Part shown: positions 26,231 through 38,424 of the stretch, in pieces
Layout: every line of letters starts with the position of its first letter
How positions within the stretch are numbered: position 1 is the first letter of the stretch
Position numbers and translations under genes: made by a program
Origin: Mobula hypostoma
Taxonomy: Eukaryota
DNA length: 64,000 nt
Direction: 5' to 3'
Assembly (NCBI RefSeq): GCF_963921235.1
Contig: NC_086122.1
Span: 32,488,001-32,552,000 of the forward strand
Notes under the pieces: model-generated
Told to the model about the DNA's origin: nothing
The model's database searches: none
The model's input: only the letters and a program-made list of their open reading frames with translations

Positions 26231-26936
26231 CTTCTATTAAAAGATAGTTGGAGATTCTCATATCAAATGCTAATCTTAAATTGAAGAATAGTAAGCAAAG
26301 GTACAAATAGAAATTAGGTAAAATACAGCATATAGAGTTAGATCAGATCAGCCAATTTTATTGATCAAAGGTGGCACAAGGTGAGTAAATGGTAATGATG
26401 GAAGAACAATGCCTTTACAAGTTTGGACGGTGTGCAACTTGGCCAGCAACATGCAGTGAATTGGTCATCATTAGCATCAACTATTTCATCGTGGATGGTG
26501 GAAAGTTTCTAGGGCAGGGTTCCCAACTTGGGGTTCCATGGACACCTCGGTTAATGGTAGGGGTCCGAAGTTTAAAAACCTCTACTCTAGGGTGTGAAGA
26601 GAAGAGGCATTTGTCATAGCACAACCAGTCTCCAAGCTGATCTTAGAGCCACATTACTTGACTGGTGCAGTTGTGGTCTTTGGCAGGACAATCACATGGG
26701 AGACTAACAAGGGGTAACACCACTAAATAATAAGAGGCAAAGGCTAGACTCACTTGTTGTGCAATTTGTGAATATAACCACATTAATCAGGTTCATTTTT
26801 ATTAAGCTTACGCTCTTGGAATTAGTCAGGCAACGTTATTTTAAAATCAAAACTCATCACAATTTCAACACGAGTACTGCAGTGATGTTCTTCTCAAAGA
26901 CATTTTAAATCGTTTTGTGAACCTGCTCTTCCCCAC

Positions 26937-27068
26937 CTTGCAGACTGGACACGTGTGCACAAGTGCTGCCTTTGCTGCCGCCTTTTGATCAGATCCCCCT
27001 TTCTTCTTTTCAGCTTGTCTCTTAGCATTCTTCTGCTGGGCTTGGATCTTCTGCTGTCCACGAGCCAT
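26937..27068 (-). CDS. ZNF706: Zinc finger protein 706 (SERF-like N-terminus + C2H2), coding exon 1, aa 1-44
   Basis: MARGQQKIQAQQKNAKRQAEKKKGGSDQKAAAKAALVHTCPVCK. Acceptor TTTTGGTAG| with exon start at 27085; donor AAG|GTGGGG at 26936. Confidence 0.95.
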
Positions 27069-27429
27069 GATGAAATTCAGGAAATCTACCAAAAAGTAAA
27101 GCTTCAGTTACTCTTCATACTAGTGCAACAACAGAGATACAACAGAAACTAGCAAAATACTTGTACTCCACTGTTTAAAACATTAAAATAGAAAAATCCC
27201 AAACTAGACAAAAATCACAAATATTCCATGCGAATCAAAGGCACATCTTCACAGACTGTTCCCAATAAACAAGGTCCAATAGAAAGAAAAAACAACAATA
27301 ACTTTAGGAATGAAAAACATGTGCATCATAGATTACAAATTCAAAACTGATTAAGTTGTTAGTGCAAGCAGAATTTTAAAAAAATGAAATTCATACAACT
27401 CTTACTACACAGCATCTTCAGTCAATATA

Positions 27430-29021
27430 CAGCGGTATGCAAAAGTTTGGGCACCCCTGGTCAAAATTTCTGTTACTGTGAATAGTTAACTGGTAGAAGA
27501 TGAACTGATCCCCAAAAGTCATAAAGTTAAAGATGAAACATTCTTTTCAACATTTTAAGATTAATGTTTTTGTTTTGTACAATTTTAGAGTGGGGGGGGG
27601 AAGGGAAGGAGTGCAAAAGTTTGGGCACCCCGAGAGATTTGAGTCCTCATAACTTTTACCAAGGTCTCAGACCTTAGTTTGTTAGGGCTATGGCTTGTTC
27701 AGTCATTGTTAGGAAAGGCCAGGTAATGCAAATTTCAAAGCTTTATAAATACCCTGACTCCTCAAACCTTGTCCCAACAATCAACAGCCATGGGCTCCTC
27801 TAAGCAGCTGCCTAGCACTCTGAAAATTAAAATAAATGATGCCCACAAAGCAGGAAAAGGCTATAAGAAGATAGCAAAGCGTTTTCAGGTAGCCGTTACC
27901 TCAGTTCATAATGTAATTAAGAAATGGCAGTTAACAGGAACGGTGGAGGTCAAGTTGAGGTCTGGAAGACCAAGAAAACTTTCCAAGAGAACTGCTCGTA
28001 GGATTGGTAGAAAGGCAAATCAAAACCCCCGTTTGACTTCTAAAGACCTTCAGGAAGATTTAGCAGACTCTGGAGTGGTGGTGCACTGTTCTACTGTGCA
28101 GTGACACCTGCACAAATATGACCTTCATGGAAGAGCAATCAGAAGAAAACCTCTCCTGTGTCCTCACCACAAAATTCAGCGTCAAGTTTGCAAAGGAACA
28201 TCTAAACAAGCCTGATGCATTTTGGAAACAAGTCCTGTGGACTGATGAAGTTAAAATAGAACTTTTTGGCCGCAAAGAGCAAAGGTATGTTTGGAGCAAA
28301 AAGGGTGCAGAATTTCATGAAGAACACCTCTCCAACTGTTAAGCAAGGGGGTGGATCAATCATGCTTTGGGCTTGTGTTGCAGCCAGTGGCACGGGGAAC
28401 ATTTCACTGGTAGAGGGAAGAATGAATTCAATTAAATACCAGCACATTCTGGAAGCAAACATCGCACCGTCTGTAAAAAAAAAACTGAAGATGAAAAGGG
28501 ATGGCTTCTACAACAGGATAATGATTCTAAACACACCTCAACATCCACAATGGACTACCTTAAGCGCAAGCTGAAAGTTTTGCCATGGCCCTCATAGTTC
28601 CCCAACCTAAACATCATCGAAAATCTGTGGATAGACCTCAAAAGAGCACTGCATGCAAGATGGCCCAAGAATCTCACAGCACTAGAAGCCTTTTGCAAGG
28701 AAGAATGGGTGAAAATCCCCCAAAGAATTGAAACTCTTAGCTGGCTACAGAAAGCGTTTACAAGCTGTGATATTTGCCAAAGGGGGTGTTACTAAGTACT
28801 GCCATGCAGGGTGCCCAAACTTTTGCTTCGGGCCCTTTTCCTTTTTTGTTATTTTGAAACTGTAAAAGATAGAAATAAAACAGTAATCTTGTTTGAAGTA
28901 TTAAAGAAATGTGTCATCTTTAACTTTATACCTTTTGGAAATCAGGTCATCTTTTACTCGCTTAGCTATTCACAGTAACAGAAATTTTGACCAGGGGTGC
29001 CCAAACTTTTGCATACCGCTA
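27430..29021 (+). mobile_element. Tc1-family DNA transposon, second copy of the same family, in ZNF706 intron 1
   Basis: Same TIRs and TA TSD. ORF pieces 27790-28104 and 28118-28574 are near-identical to the 10841 copy; QQDND and IIENLW motifs present. Confidence 0.95.
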
Positions 29022-29058
29022 TATGTCAAGCCTCTGTACAGAAGGGTTTTAAATAACA

Positions 29059-29139
29059 CACATCAAAGTTGCTGGTGAACGCAGCAGGCCAGGCAGCATC
29101 TCTAGGAAGAGGTACAGTCGACGTTTCAGGCCGAGACCC
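29059..29139 (-). mobile_element. 81-bp Penelope-derived insertion truncated inside the hammerhead
   Basis: Matches the 3' end of the 17.5/53.8 kb family; TSD TAAATAACA at 29050-29058 and 29140-29148; lacks the CTGACGA box. Confidence 0.8.
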
Positions 29140-31226
29140 TAAATAACATTTGACACTGAACCACAAGAAAATAATAAGTAACAAAAGAAAAACTTGATCA
29201 CTGAGTTCAATTTTTAAAGGAGTATTTAACGAAGGTGAGATTCCAGAGTTAGAAACTGAAGATATTATTGTGCTGGAGAAATGAAATTCAGATATTACTA
29301 AAAACCAAAATTGGAGAATAGCAAAGCTAATGATTTTAGGACAGGAAAAAATTTGTAATAGGAAGAAAATTATTATAAAATCATAAACATTATCTTATAA
29401 AAGAGAATTGTTTTTGTACATTGAAGCAAAACTGAGTTTTGTAATTACCTCAAGCTTATGGAGATTATGCACACACAGCCCCACAGGTACTCAGCATAGC
29501 AGGCCCTTCGACCCATCTAGCCCATACAGAACCATTTCAACTGCCTCCATGCCTCTACCATCCATGTACCCATTCAGACTTAAATGTTGAGGTAACAAAA
29601 AGAGGCCTGGATAAATGTTTCAGCAAATGATCTGAATCAGGGTCACAATCTACTTCAGCAAATTGGAAAATAGGCATGCAGAAGATTCTTACTTATCATC
29701 ACATGGTCAAATATATCATGGATGGAATAAAAGGTTTAATAAAAGTGGTATGGCAACATAGAGGCAGAGCAGTTAATGCTGCTGGTCCACAGCTTCAGCA
29801 CCATGGATTTGATTTTGGCCACAAGTCCTGTCAGTGTGGGATTAATAATCTCCTTATGGCTACCAGGGTTTCTTCCAGCGGCTCCAGCTTCCTTCCACGG
29901 CCCTATTGATAGGTTACAAAACCACTGTACGTAGAAATCAAAGTACAATTTTATATATTACATATAAATTACTAAATTGGTTGAAAGGTTGAACTGCAAT
30001 TCACATGATAAATGAACAATCATCTTATTTATTTATTGGGATACAACATGGAATAGGCCCTTCCTGCCCTTTGAGCTGCACCACCCAGCAATGCAATTTA
30101 ACCCATGCCTAATCACAGGACGATTGATAGACCAATTAACCTACCAACCAGTTATTTGCCTTCAAATCAAAAGTCTCCTTGAAAATTACGCAACATCGCC
30201 ACTGACCTCAAATTTTCGCTAGGGACTGCCCAAATTATGCTTTTACTTTCAGAAAGGATTGAGTACATCAAACCCCTGCTTCAATAGAAGCAATCTAGTC
30301 ATCCCAACCAGCATACCTAGCCCCAACTATGAATGAATCTGCCTTTCCCACACAAACATCTCAGAACTATAATGGAAGCATGCCGATCAATCTTTAGGTA
30401 ATGCCCAACAAATAAAGTTACGGCTGTAATACAGTTCTCAGTGGATCCACCTGCCACATGTTTTCCTACTCAGGTCAATAATTTATCCTTAAAGGTCTGA
30501 AAACGCTTGTATATAGGTATTTTTAACAAACATTTTCTAAGAGTCCAAATAAATATAGGTATCATGATTCTACCAAGATGTGGGAAAACAGGTCTAAGAA
30601 ACATGCAGTACTAGAAGAATTTGATAAAACTAGCCAGCTTAAGCAGTTAAAAAAAGCAGAGCCAAGATAGAGTTGATTTTTATCCTGTTAAGTACTGTGA
30701 CCTTAAACCACTATAAACAAGTCTATTCTGCTAAAAATACATACTGCGCTTTATTTTTATTATCAGCATTTTGTGAGTGCAGCTCTCAAAGTCCAACCTA
30801 CGTCCGCATAATGAGGGGAGGGAACGAGAAAGGCCAGCCAACAGAACTCTGGTGAAGCTGTGTAGGCCAATCTCCTGTAGAGTGGATGCAATGGATTACA
30901 GAAACACCGAATTCCAACCATACCATCAACTTCGGACAGCGAAGACGGGATGTCATCAATGGCCTATGCTTCACTGGGATACCGGGGTCCAAGAAGAGAA
31001 GGCAACTTTGTGTGTGCCTCAGCATCATGCCAGAGTAAAGCACAAAATACCCTCATCGTATCAACTCCCCTCATACAAATAATCTTTCTAAATTAACAGA
31101 AAAAGCAGCAAGCTATAAACCTGTGGACAGTCTGAGGACTTAGGAAGTATTCTGTGGTATTGGTCAAGACAGAAGCCCGTAGATTCAATACAGGCCAGAT
31201 ACAGGCTCATAACTTAGGGTGACATT

Positions 31227-31256
31227 TTGGTGTAGCACAACTTGGTGTAGCACAAC
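31227..31256. repeat. Perfect 15-bp tandem duplication
   Basis: TTGGTGTAGCACAAC x2. Confidence 0.9.
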
Positions 31257-31649
31257 TTTGGCATCAGAAAGCCTGGAAGAACAGGAAAGGCCATTACAAT
31301 AATAATGGATGATATTTGACCTATTAAATACTCCCTGCATTTTCTGTTTTTATTTTAGATTTCCACCATCTGTTTAGAAAACAAAGACAAAGTCCTATTT
31401 AACTTCGTTTTACACGCACTATAACTGCGCGGGGAATCTGAAAGAAGCGAGCTCCGTAAGGAAACGAAATAAACTAACAACATCTGCTCCAGACAAGAGG
31501 AATTCTGCTTATGCTGGAAATTCAAACAACACACATCAACTTTAACATCTGCTCCAGTGTGGCACGTTACTTTCCAAGAGGTGAACTAGCACCCTCTTAA
31601 CTCAACCACAACAAAAGACAATACTCCCCTCAATTCCCGCCCTGCGGTA

Positions 31650-32090
31650 CTAACATTCAAGAACCGGCAACTCTCCAGAGACTGCGAAGCGGCTGCTGAA
31701 CAACGAGCGTGAAGAGCAACAAGCAACGCCAACGTGAAGCCGGATTACCGGTCGCCCAGGCCGAGGCGCGGTGTGTGGCCTGCAACAGGGCTACAGCCCA
31801 CCCGGGGGCATAGTGCTCACCCCACCTCCGCGACTCGCAACAGAGCAACCCCGAGTTTCACGCCAAGAACTGACTAGCCAAGCGGCCGAGACTCACCGGC
31901 TGGCACCGACAGACACCACACAGCCCGCTAACGGCGCTCGCCCGTACTCGGTCAGCAGAGGCGGGGTCTGACGTCTCCGGAAGTGACGGCATCAAGCCCG
32001 AGGCCCGGGAGGTGAAAAAAAATGCGGGGACTCGCGCCGAGGATCACGTGGGCACCACAGAGCCGAGGATCACGTGGGCGTTAAAGGCTG
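31650..32090 (-). promoter_or_regulatory. ZNF706: ZNF706 CpG-island promoter and non-coding exon 1 (about 31960 to 31897)
   Basis: CpG-dense. Minus-strand donor CCG|GTGAGT at 31896. GC box at about 31960, TGACGTC 31969-31975, ETS/half-CRE composite CCGGAAGTGACG 31977-31988, two CACGTG E-boxes. Confidence 0.75.
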
Positions 32091-34328
32091 CGGAAAAGAT
32101 ATAACCAAAATCTTGTCGTCTTATCCAATCTTATTCTCCTCTTCTAATAAAATTATACCGAGAGATTCCAAAGCAATAAACTGGTTTATCGTCACTTTTA
32201 TTGCTGCTGTATCATTTTTAACCTTTGGGAATTACGCTCCAAGACGTTCAACGCATGTTTTCAATCAATGGTATTTTGTATAGAGCCCTGCCGCAGTACA
32301 ATCAGTTGGAAAACATTTTAGAAAGCGTCTTTTAAGTCTGCATCCTTCTCGAACGCTTTGAAAAGAAAGTGACGAAATTGTTTCAAGGATAAGACTTCAG
32401 GTGCCACTGCAAGGAAGCTAGAACGGGAAATGTAGGTTGCGCACCATCGCAATATAAAAGCCGCACATGGATATTACATGTGCAAAACAAAATGTGCATT
32501 TAACATGTGACGTTACAGTATTGAAGGGCAAACAGGCGCCATTTATAAATAATACGGTAACAATTTGGGCTCGCTATTATTAGTTTTCTCTGGTTCGGAC
32601 TGTCAACGACTGCGTGGTAAACAGTTTAAAGAGGCCATTCAATGCATTGGTTATATGTTTTTTTCCACTTTTCTCCCCCCCCCCCGAAAACATCTACCTC
32701 CCCACCCACGAGAGATACTGTTACCTCTCCGATTTAGTCTGCAGATAGACTGTAAGCTGATAAAAAAGAAATCTGTCACTACGGAGGAAATTGGGGGTGT
32801 GGGGGGGGGGTTAAAGGAGGGAGGGAAGAGGGGGGAGTGGAGTTTAGGGGAAGCAAGTTCATGTTCACAATCTGCAGACTTGCGTGAAAGCAAGTATTTC
32901 TTGTGTCACTTCTAATTGTCCTCCAAACATTCTGTCATGGTTTGCTCTATTATCGCCGTATCCTTCAAAAATCAGGCTCTCTTCCTGTCAAGCAATATTC
33001 CTTGAGGATAACGTTTGTCTGGGACACAGTACTTCATCCGAGATTAACCTTGGGAAGTGGTCCGAGTTAAACCTGACAGGATTAAGGGACACTTTCACAT
33101 CCGGGGAGTTGGGAATGTGGTTAAAATAATGCAGTCAGGTCAAGTCAATTAAGTCCTGTTTATTGTCGCTTAACTATATACATGTATACTGTCAAACGAG
33201 ACAATATTTCTCTGGACCAGGGAGTAAAGTACATAACACACAATAACGCAGGAAAGTAAGAATTAAATCCACAGTTGAATAATGCACAGATAAACAAAGT
33301 AAAGTGCATAAATTAAGTATTATGAGATACGGTACAAATTATTTAGTGACACATCAAACGTGATGTAGAAGGGAATCCAAAAGCCTGAGGGGAGAAACTG
33401 TTCCCCATCCCGGCCGTTCTTGTCTTTATCCATCGGAGTCTCCTGCCTGATGGTAGAAAGTCAAAGAGGATGTTGGATGGATGGGTGGGGAGTACTAATA
33501 CTAAGGGCTCTCCTGATAAATGTCCCTGCTGGATGGTAGGGAGACCCCTATGATCCTCTTGGTCTTTCTCACAGAAGGAGAAAAAGAATTTAGAAAGTTA
33601 GAGTCCATATTGGAGGTTCTCAACCTGATATGGAAACTGGGTTTAGATGGATGAATAGTCCTGAATTATTGAGTGTGTGCCTTTAGATATCTGTACCTCC
33701 TTCCTGACAGTAGAAATGAGAACAAGGCATGACCTGTGTGATGGGTGTTCTTAATGATGGACTGCACATTTCTGAGGCATCACTCCTTGAAGATGTCCTG
33801 GATACTACGGAGGCTAGTGCCCATGATGGAGCTGACTGAGTTTACAACTCTCTGCAGCTTACTTTGATCCTGTGCAGTAGCTCCCTCACTCCCAGTTAGA
33901 ATGCTCTCCTTGGTACATCTGTTGAAATTTCTGAGTCTTTGGTGACATACCAAATCTCCTCAAACTCCCAGTGAAGTATATCCACTGGAAGAACATAGCA
34001 TGGTGTTAGTATTCTTATAGCAGCTGAACATCTCTCAGTGAGTACTAACCCCAGAGTATTATGAGTGACAGAACTTGTCATCAGAACCCATCCAGGCCCA
34101 TTAGGCAATCCGCTTCGTACCTTAACCTTGTAAGATAGATTGACCCATCTCATGCCAAGGGTAATTTCCAAATTGTTAATAGTGAAGGATTCTACATTCA
34201 TGATTGGAAAATATTTAAGTTTTATGTTGGCAAAATGGTCACATTGTCTGACACTACTGTCATTTCCCATTTGTTACAACATCAAATAAATTGAGTAAAA
34301 CTGAATTTGAGCAGTTTACCCCTGTCTT

Positions 34329-34687
34329 GGGTGGCAGGGTGGAGATACGTCTCTACCAAAGGAGGTGTAAGGCGCTCCTTCCCTCTACTAGCCTGCAGGT
34401 CACCCTTGGGCAAGGTGTAGCATCAGATCAGGGTTACGTGAAGGCATGGGAGCAGGTGGTGGATGGTCGTATGAGCAGCTGGTGCAGATCACAAGTCCTG
34501 GTTATGCAACCACTGACGCCAGGCAGACAATCTCTGAAGAGTATTGATAATGGCTGGGGTCATTTGTCTTTTAAAGATGCTGCCCAGAAGAAGGCAATGG
34601 CAAAGCACCTCTGTAGAAAAATTTGCCAAGAACAATCATGGTCATGGGCCCATGATCGCCCACGTCATAGGATGCGGGACATAATGG
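34329..34687 (+). mobile_element. About 360-bp non-coding RTE-related repeat (copies at about 5016-5387 minus and 51085-51435 plus)
   Basis: Three collinear copies sharing GAAGGCAATGGCAAACCAC and similar ends; no pol III boxes seen. Confidence 0.7.
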
Positions 34688-35226
34688 AGGTGATGTTGAC
34701 TCCTGTCTCGGGCAGATCAACCCTAAATGCAGACTTGGTTTTCTTTGCAATTCTGAGTTAATTATCCAAACCACAAAACAGTCATAAAACTACTTAAAAT
34801 TCTCCATTATTCTTTCTGGAACTCTAGTTTTCAAAATGTATGATTAGTATTTTAATACAAACTTGTAAGTGTTATTGGGTTACACATGCTATAAAACAAT
34901 ATCATCTCTTCATTACAAGCTTTGTTTATATTACTGATTGAAAGAATATTTGATGTGCATGTATTAAAGAGGTCAGGGGAAGATCTAAAGGGGAAAGTCT
35001 TTGCAGTCTGGAGTAATATCTCACAGTGCTTGTGGTTGTTTGACATCAATCATCTCAACTCCTGTATGTTGCTGCAGAGGTTTCAGAATCAGGTTTAATA
35101 TCACCTGCATATGCCATGAAATTTGTTGTTTTGCAGCAGTAGTACACTGCAATACATATTAGTATGTATTTACAATTAGAAGCATATATATAAAATTAAA
35201 TTAAATCTAAGAATTAGTACAAAAAA

Positions 35227-35472
35227 GGAAAGGTACGTCGCATCCAGAGTTTCTCCGGTTAGCGGACGATTTCCCTCCACGCCTCTCTGACGTAGTGGGG
35301 AATCGCGTACGAAGCAAGTTACAGCAGTGGTTTGCCATTGCCTTCTGCTGGGTGAGTTTCACCAGCTCGTAACCCAGCGCGGATGGAAAGCGTGCAGGGG
35401 AGCCAGCTGGATTCGAACTTGGGACCTTTCATCCCGAAGTCCAACACTGATGTTACTACGCCACCAGCCAGG
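35227..35472 (-). mobile_element. tRNA-headed SINE with RTE-derived body
   Basis: Minus strand A box TGGCGTAGT, B box GTTCGAATCC and the GAAGGCAATGGCAAACCAC motif typical of RTE/BovB-related SINEs; inserted in an A-run of a LINE 3'UTR. Confidence 0.7.
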
Positions 35473-36607
35473 TCCAAAAAAAAGAACAAAAGAAGAGTGA
35501 GGTAATGTTCATGGGTTTGTGTCCATTCAGAAATCTGATGGCAGATTTTCATGAAGCTGTTCATGAATCATTGAGTGTGTGTGCCTTCAGGCTTCTGTAC
35601 CTCCTTCCTGGTGGTAGCACTGAGAAGAGGGCATGTCTTGGGCGATGGGGGTCCTTAATGATGGACGCTTTCGTAGTCAGTGTGAAGCAATACCTAAAAT
35701 AAATGCTAAATGTGCATAGGCTAACAAATAGCAAGTAATATTACCATCACCCAAATGCAAAGCAATGATTATCTCCCCCCTTTATATTCAATATTGCTGA
35801 GTCCCCACCATCAGCATCCTGGCATCACCATGAATCAGAAGGTTAATGGGGCGGGCTAGCATTCAGCTCGTTGCTCGGCGAGGTTTACTCACCTCGGCAC
35901 TGACCTGAGGCCGTGGCCTGCAACTAACGGGTTCCTGGACCGGCTGCAGTGATGTACTGGCTTCGTGGCCCTGAATTCGCTTTCATGAACTTTAGTTCTG
36001 AGTGTCTATTTCTTATTGTTTGCGCAATTTGTTCGCACCTTGGATGTTTGAAGGCCTTTGTTAATGTGTTTTTACTGGCCTTATTAGTCTTTGTGGCTGC
36101 CCGTAGGAAGACGAATTTCAAGATTGTATATAGTATACATACCATACTTCGATAATAAATGTACTTTGAACGAATCATAAACTGAGTATTCTGCAGTGAG
36201 TTACACGTATGTGGATTTGTTTGATTTTTTTCCAGGATTTGTAAGGCATGAATCAAGAGCTTCATGGCTGTAGCCTGCACTATCAGGCTCCTGGACTGGC
36301 TACAGTGCTGAACTTGGCTGTGCGGCTGTGGCCTGCACTGTCAGGCTCCTGGACCTGATGTAGCACCGAACTCTCTTTGCAGCTGTGAACTCACTTTCAG
36401 GGACCCTGTAATTCATGCTCTGTGTATTATTTGTTTACTTGCTTTTATCTTCTGTACTGTTTCTTGTTTTTTTGCCATACATTGGGTGTTTGACGGTCTT
36501 TGTTGTGTGGGTTTTCTTAGTGGGTTCTATGGTGGTTTTTTTTTGTTTTGTGGCTGCCTGCAAGAAGACGAATCTCAAGGTTGCGTATGGTATACATACT
36601 TTGAAAG

Positions 36608-36877
36608 CGGCATGGCAGCGTAGTGGTTAGCACAACGCTGTACAGTACCAGCGACCCGGGTTCAATTCCCGCTGCTGACCATAAGGAGTTTGTACCTTCC
36701 CCCTGTGACCGTGTGGGTTTCCTCCAGGTGCTCCGGTTTCCTCCCACAGTCCAAAGACGTACCGGTTGGCAGGGTAATCAGTCATTGATAGGGTTAAATT
36801 GGGAGTTGCTAGGCAGCTCAGCTGGAAGGGCTGGAAGGGCCTATTCTGCACTTTACCTCAGTAAATAAATAAATAAA
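36608..36877 (+). mobile_element. tRNA-derived V-SINE (HE1-like)
   Basis: A box AGCGTAGTGG, B box GGTTCAATTCC, V core GTGGGTTTCCTCCAGGTGCTCCGGTTTCCTCCCACAGTCCAAAGAC, (TAAA)n tail. Degenerate copies at about 23830-24075, 29745-29910, 57750-57985, 57990-59620 (split) and 61085-61435. Confidence 0.85.
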
Positions 36878-38424
36878 GTACTTTGGACTTTGAGGAGTGT
36901 GGCAGAAACTGTTTGGTTGGTTGAATGAATATGGTTCCAGCAACACTTGAGAGCATCCACAATTACACAATCCTGAATTTCATTCGTTCTCAACTCCAAA
37001 CATTTACTCATTCCGCGCTAGAGCAACGTGACTACAGTGTTTGCCAGGTACAAACTGCACTCCGGTTACTCACAAGGGCTATTTCGGAAGTAGCTCCCAA
37101 ACACTAAGAGGAATACCGGAATCAGGAGACTGCTGGCGCTGGGATTGGCAGCACAAACAAAGTATCAGAGGAAGTCAATGGGTTGAACTGTATCTAAGGA
37201 GGCAAAGCGATAGTTGTCATTTTGGGCTGGACTCTGTATCAGGAGTCAGGGTCACAACCAGAAAGGTCAACTATCCCTCTACCACCACAGATGCTGCTCA
37301 ACCCACTGAGTTACTCCAGCTATGGGTTTCTTTGCCGCAACCTGCCGGTTCCCCTCCAAGTCACAGCCCATCCTGACTTGGAAGTGTATCATCTTTCCTT
37401 AAATGTATTATTTTCCCCACTCTGACTCCTCATCTTTCTTTTTTCTCCAGTCCCGATGAAGGGTCTCGGCCCGAAACATCGACAATACCCTTTTCCATAA
37501 GATGCTGCCAGGCCTGCTGAGCCTCCAGCATTTTGTGTGTGTTGCTCAACCACAAACCACAAACTGTTCCAGCTGCTACCATCTGGGAAATGGTACCGCA
37601 GCATAAAAGCCAGGTCCAACAGGCTCCAGAACAGCTTCTTCCACCAGGCCATCAGACTGATTAATTCATGCTGACACGACTATATTTCTATGTTATATTG
37701 ACTATCCATTGTACATACTATTTATTATAAATTATGATAAATTGCACATTGCACATTTAGGCAGAGATGTAATGTAAAGATTTTTACTCATGCATATGAG
37801 GGATGTAAGTAATAAAGTCAATTCAATTCAATTCACTCTTTAGGGTTTCTTGTTAAGTTGATGTAAGAAATTTAGGTTGTATACTGTATACACTCTCTAA
37901 ACCGTTTAAACACCCGATGACCCTAGGTTACATCTCTGTTGATGTGTCCCAGCATATCCTAGGATGTATCTCAGCCAGCATCGTTCTATAAATGTATTCA
38001 AAACTGTTTTAGAGGGAAGAATAGTGAGGGCTAGTAACTAGTAAACAGTGATGTGGCTTGTGCTAATATAGTAACAGAGAACCACAGACAAAGCCCAGAT
38101 GTAGAAACATAGAATACAGTAGTGATGACGTCCAAGTTTAAGGAGTTTCATTAATTATGTTGAAACGTGCACCTGTTTTTTTAAAATAGAATATTGGATT
38201 TACTGTTAGACCTGAGGACAATCATATTACTTTGTAATCAGGACCTAGTTACTTACTTAATTAAGTCTCCCATGGCACTTCTGTCAGTCTTCCTATAGCC
38301 ACCATTCTGCTATCAAAATGTAGTTTTACTGGTAATCTCATCAACCATGAATGTAAAAGCTGTACCAAATTCATGCTCAGGCTGATTAGCTTTGGCCATT
38401 CTCCTGGTGCACACCAGTTTTTTT

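Noticed and set aside
32670-32850. C-rich then G-rich tracts as a functional hairpin or G-quadruplex
   Set aside because: Low-complexity homopolymer runs with no further support.
34329-34530. HDV-like or twister ribozyme call
   Set aside because: A 7-bp P1-like stem and a TCACAAG loop are present, but the L3, P1.1 and pseudoknot partners could not be placed; kept only as a structured RNA finding.
36608-36680. tRNA gene
   Set aside because: A and B boxes run directly into a SINE core and tail; no complete cloverleaf.
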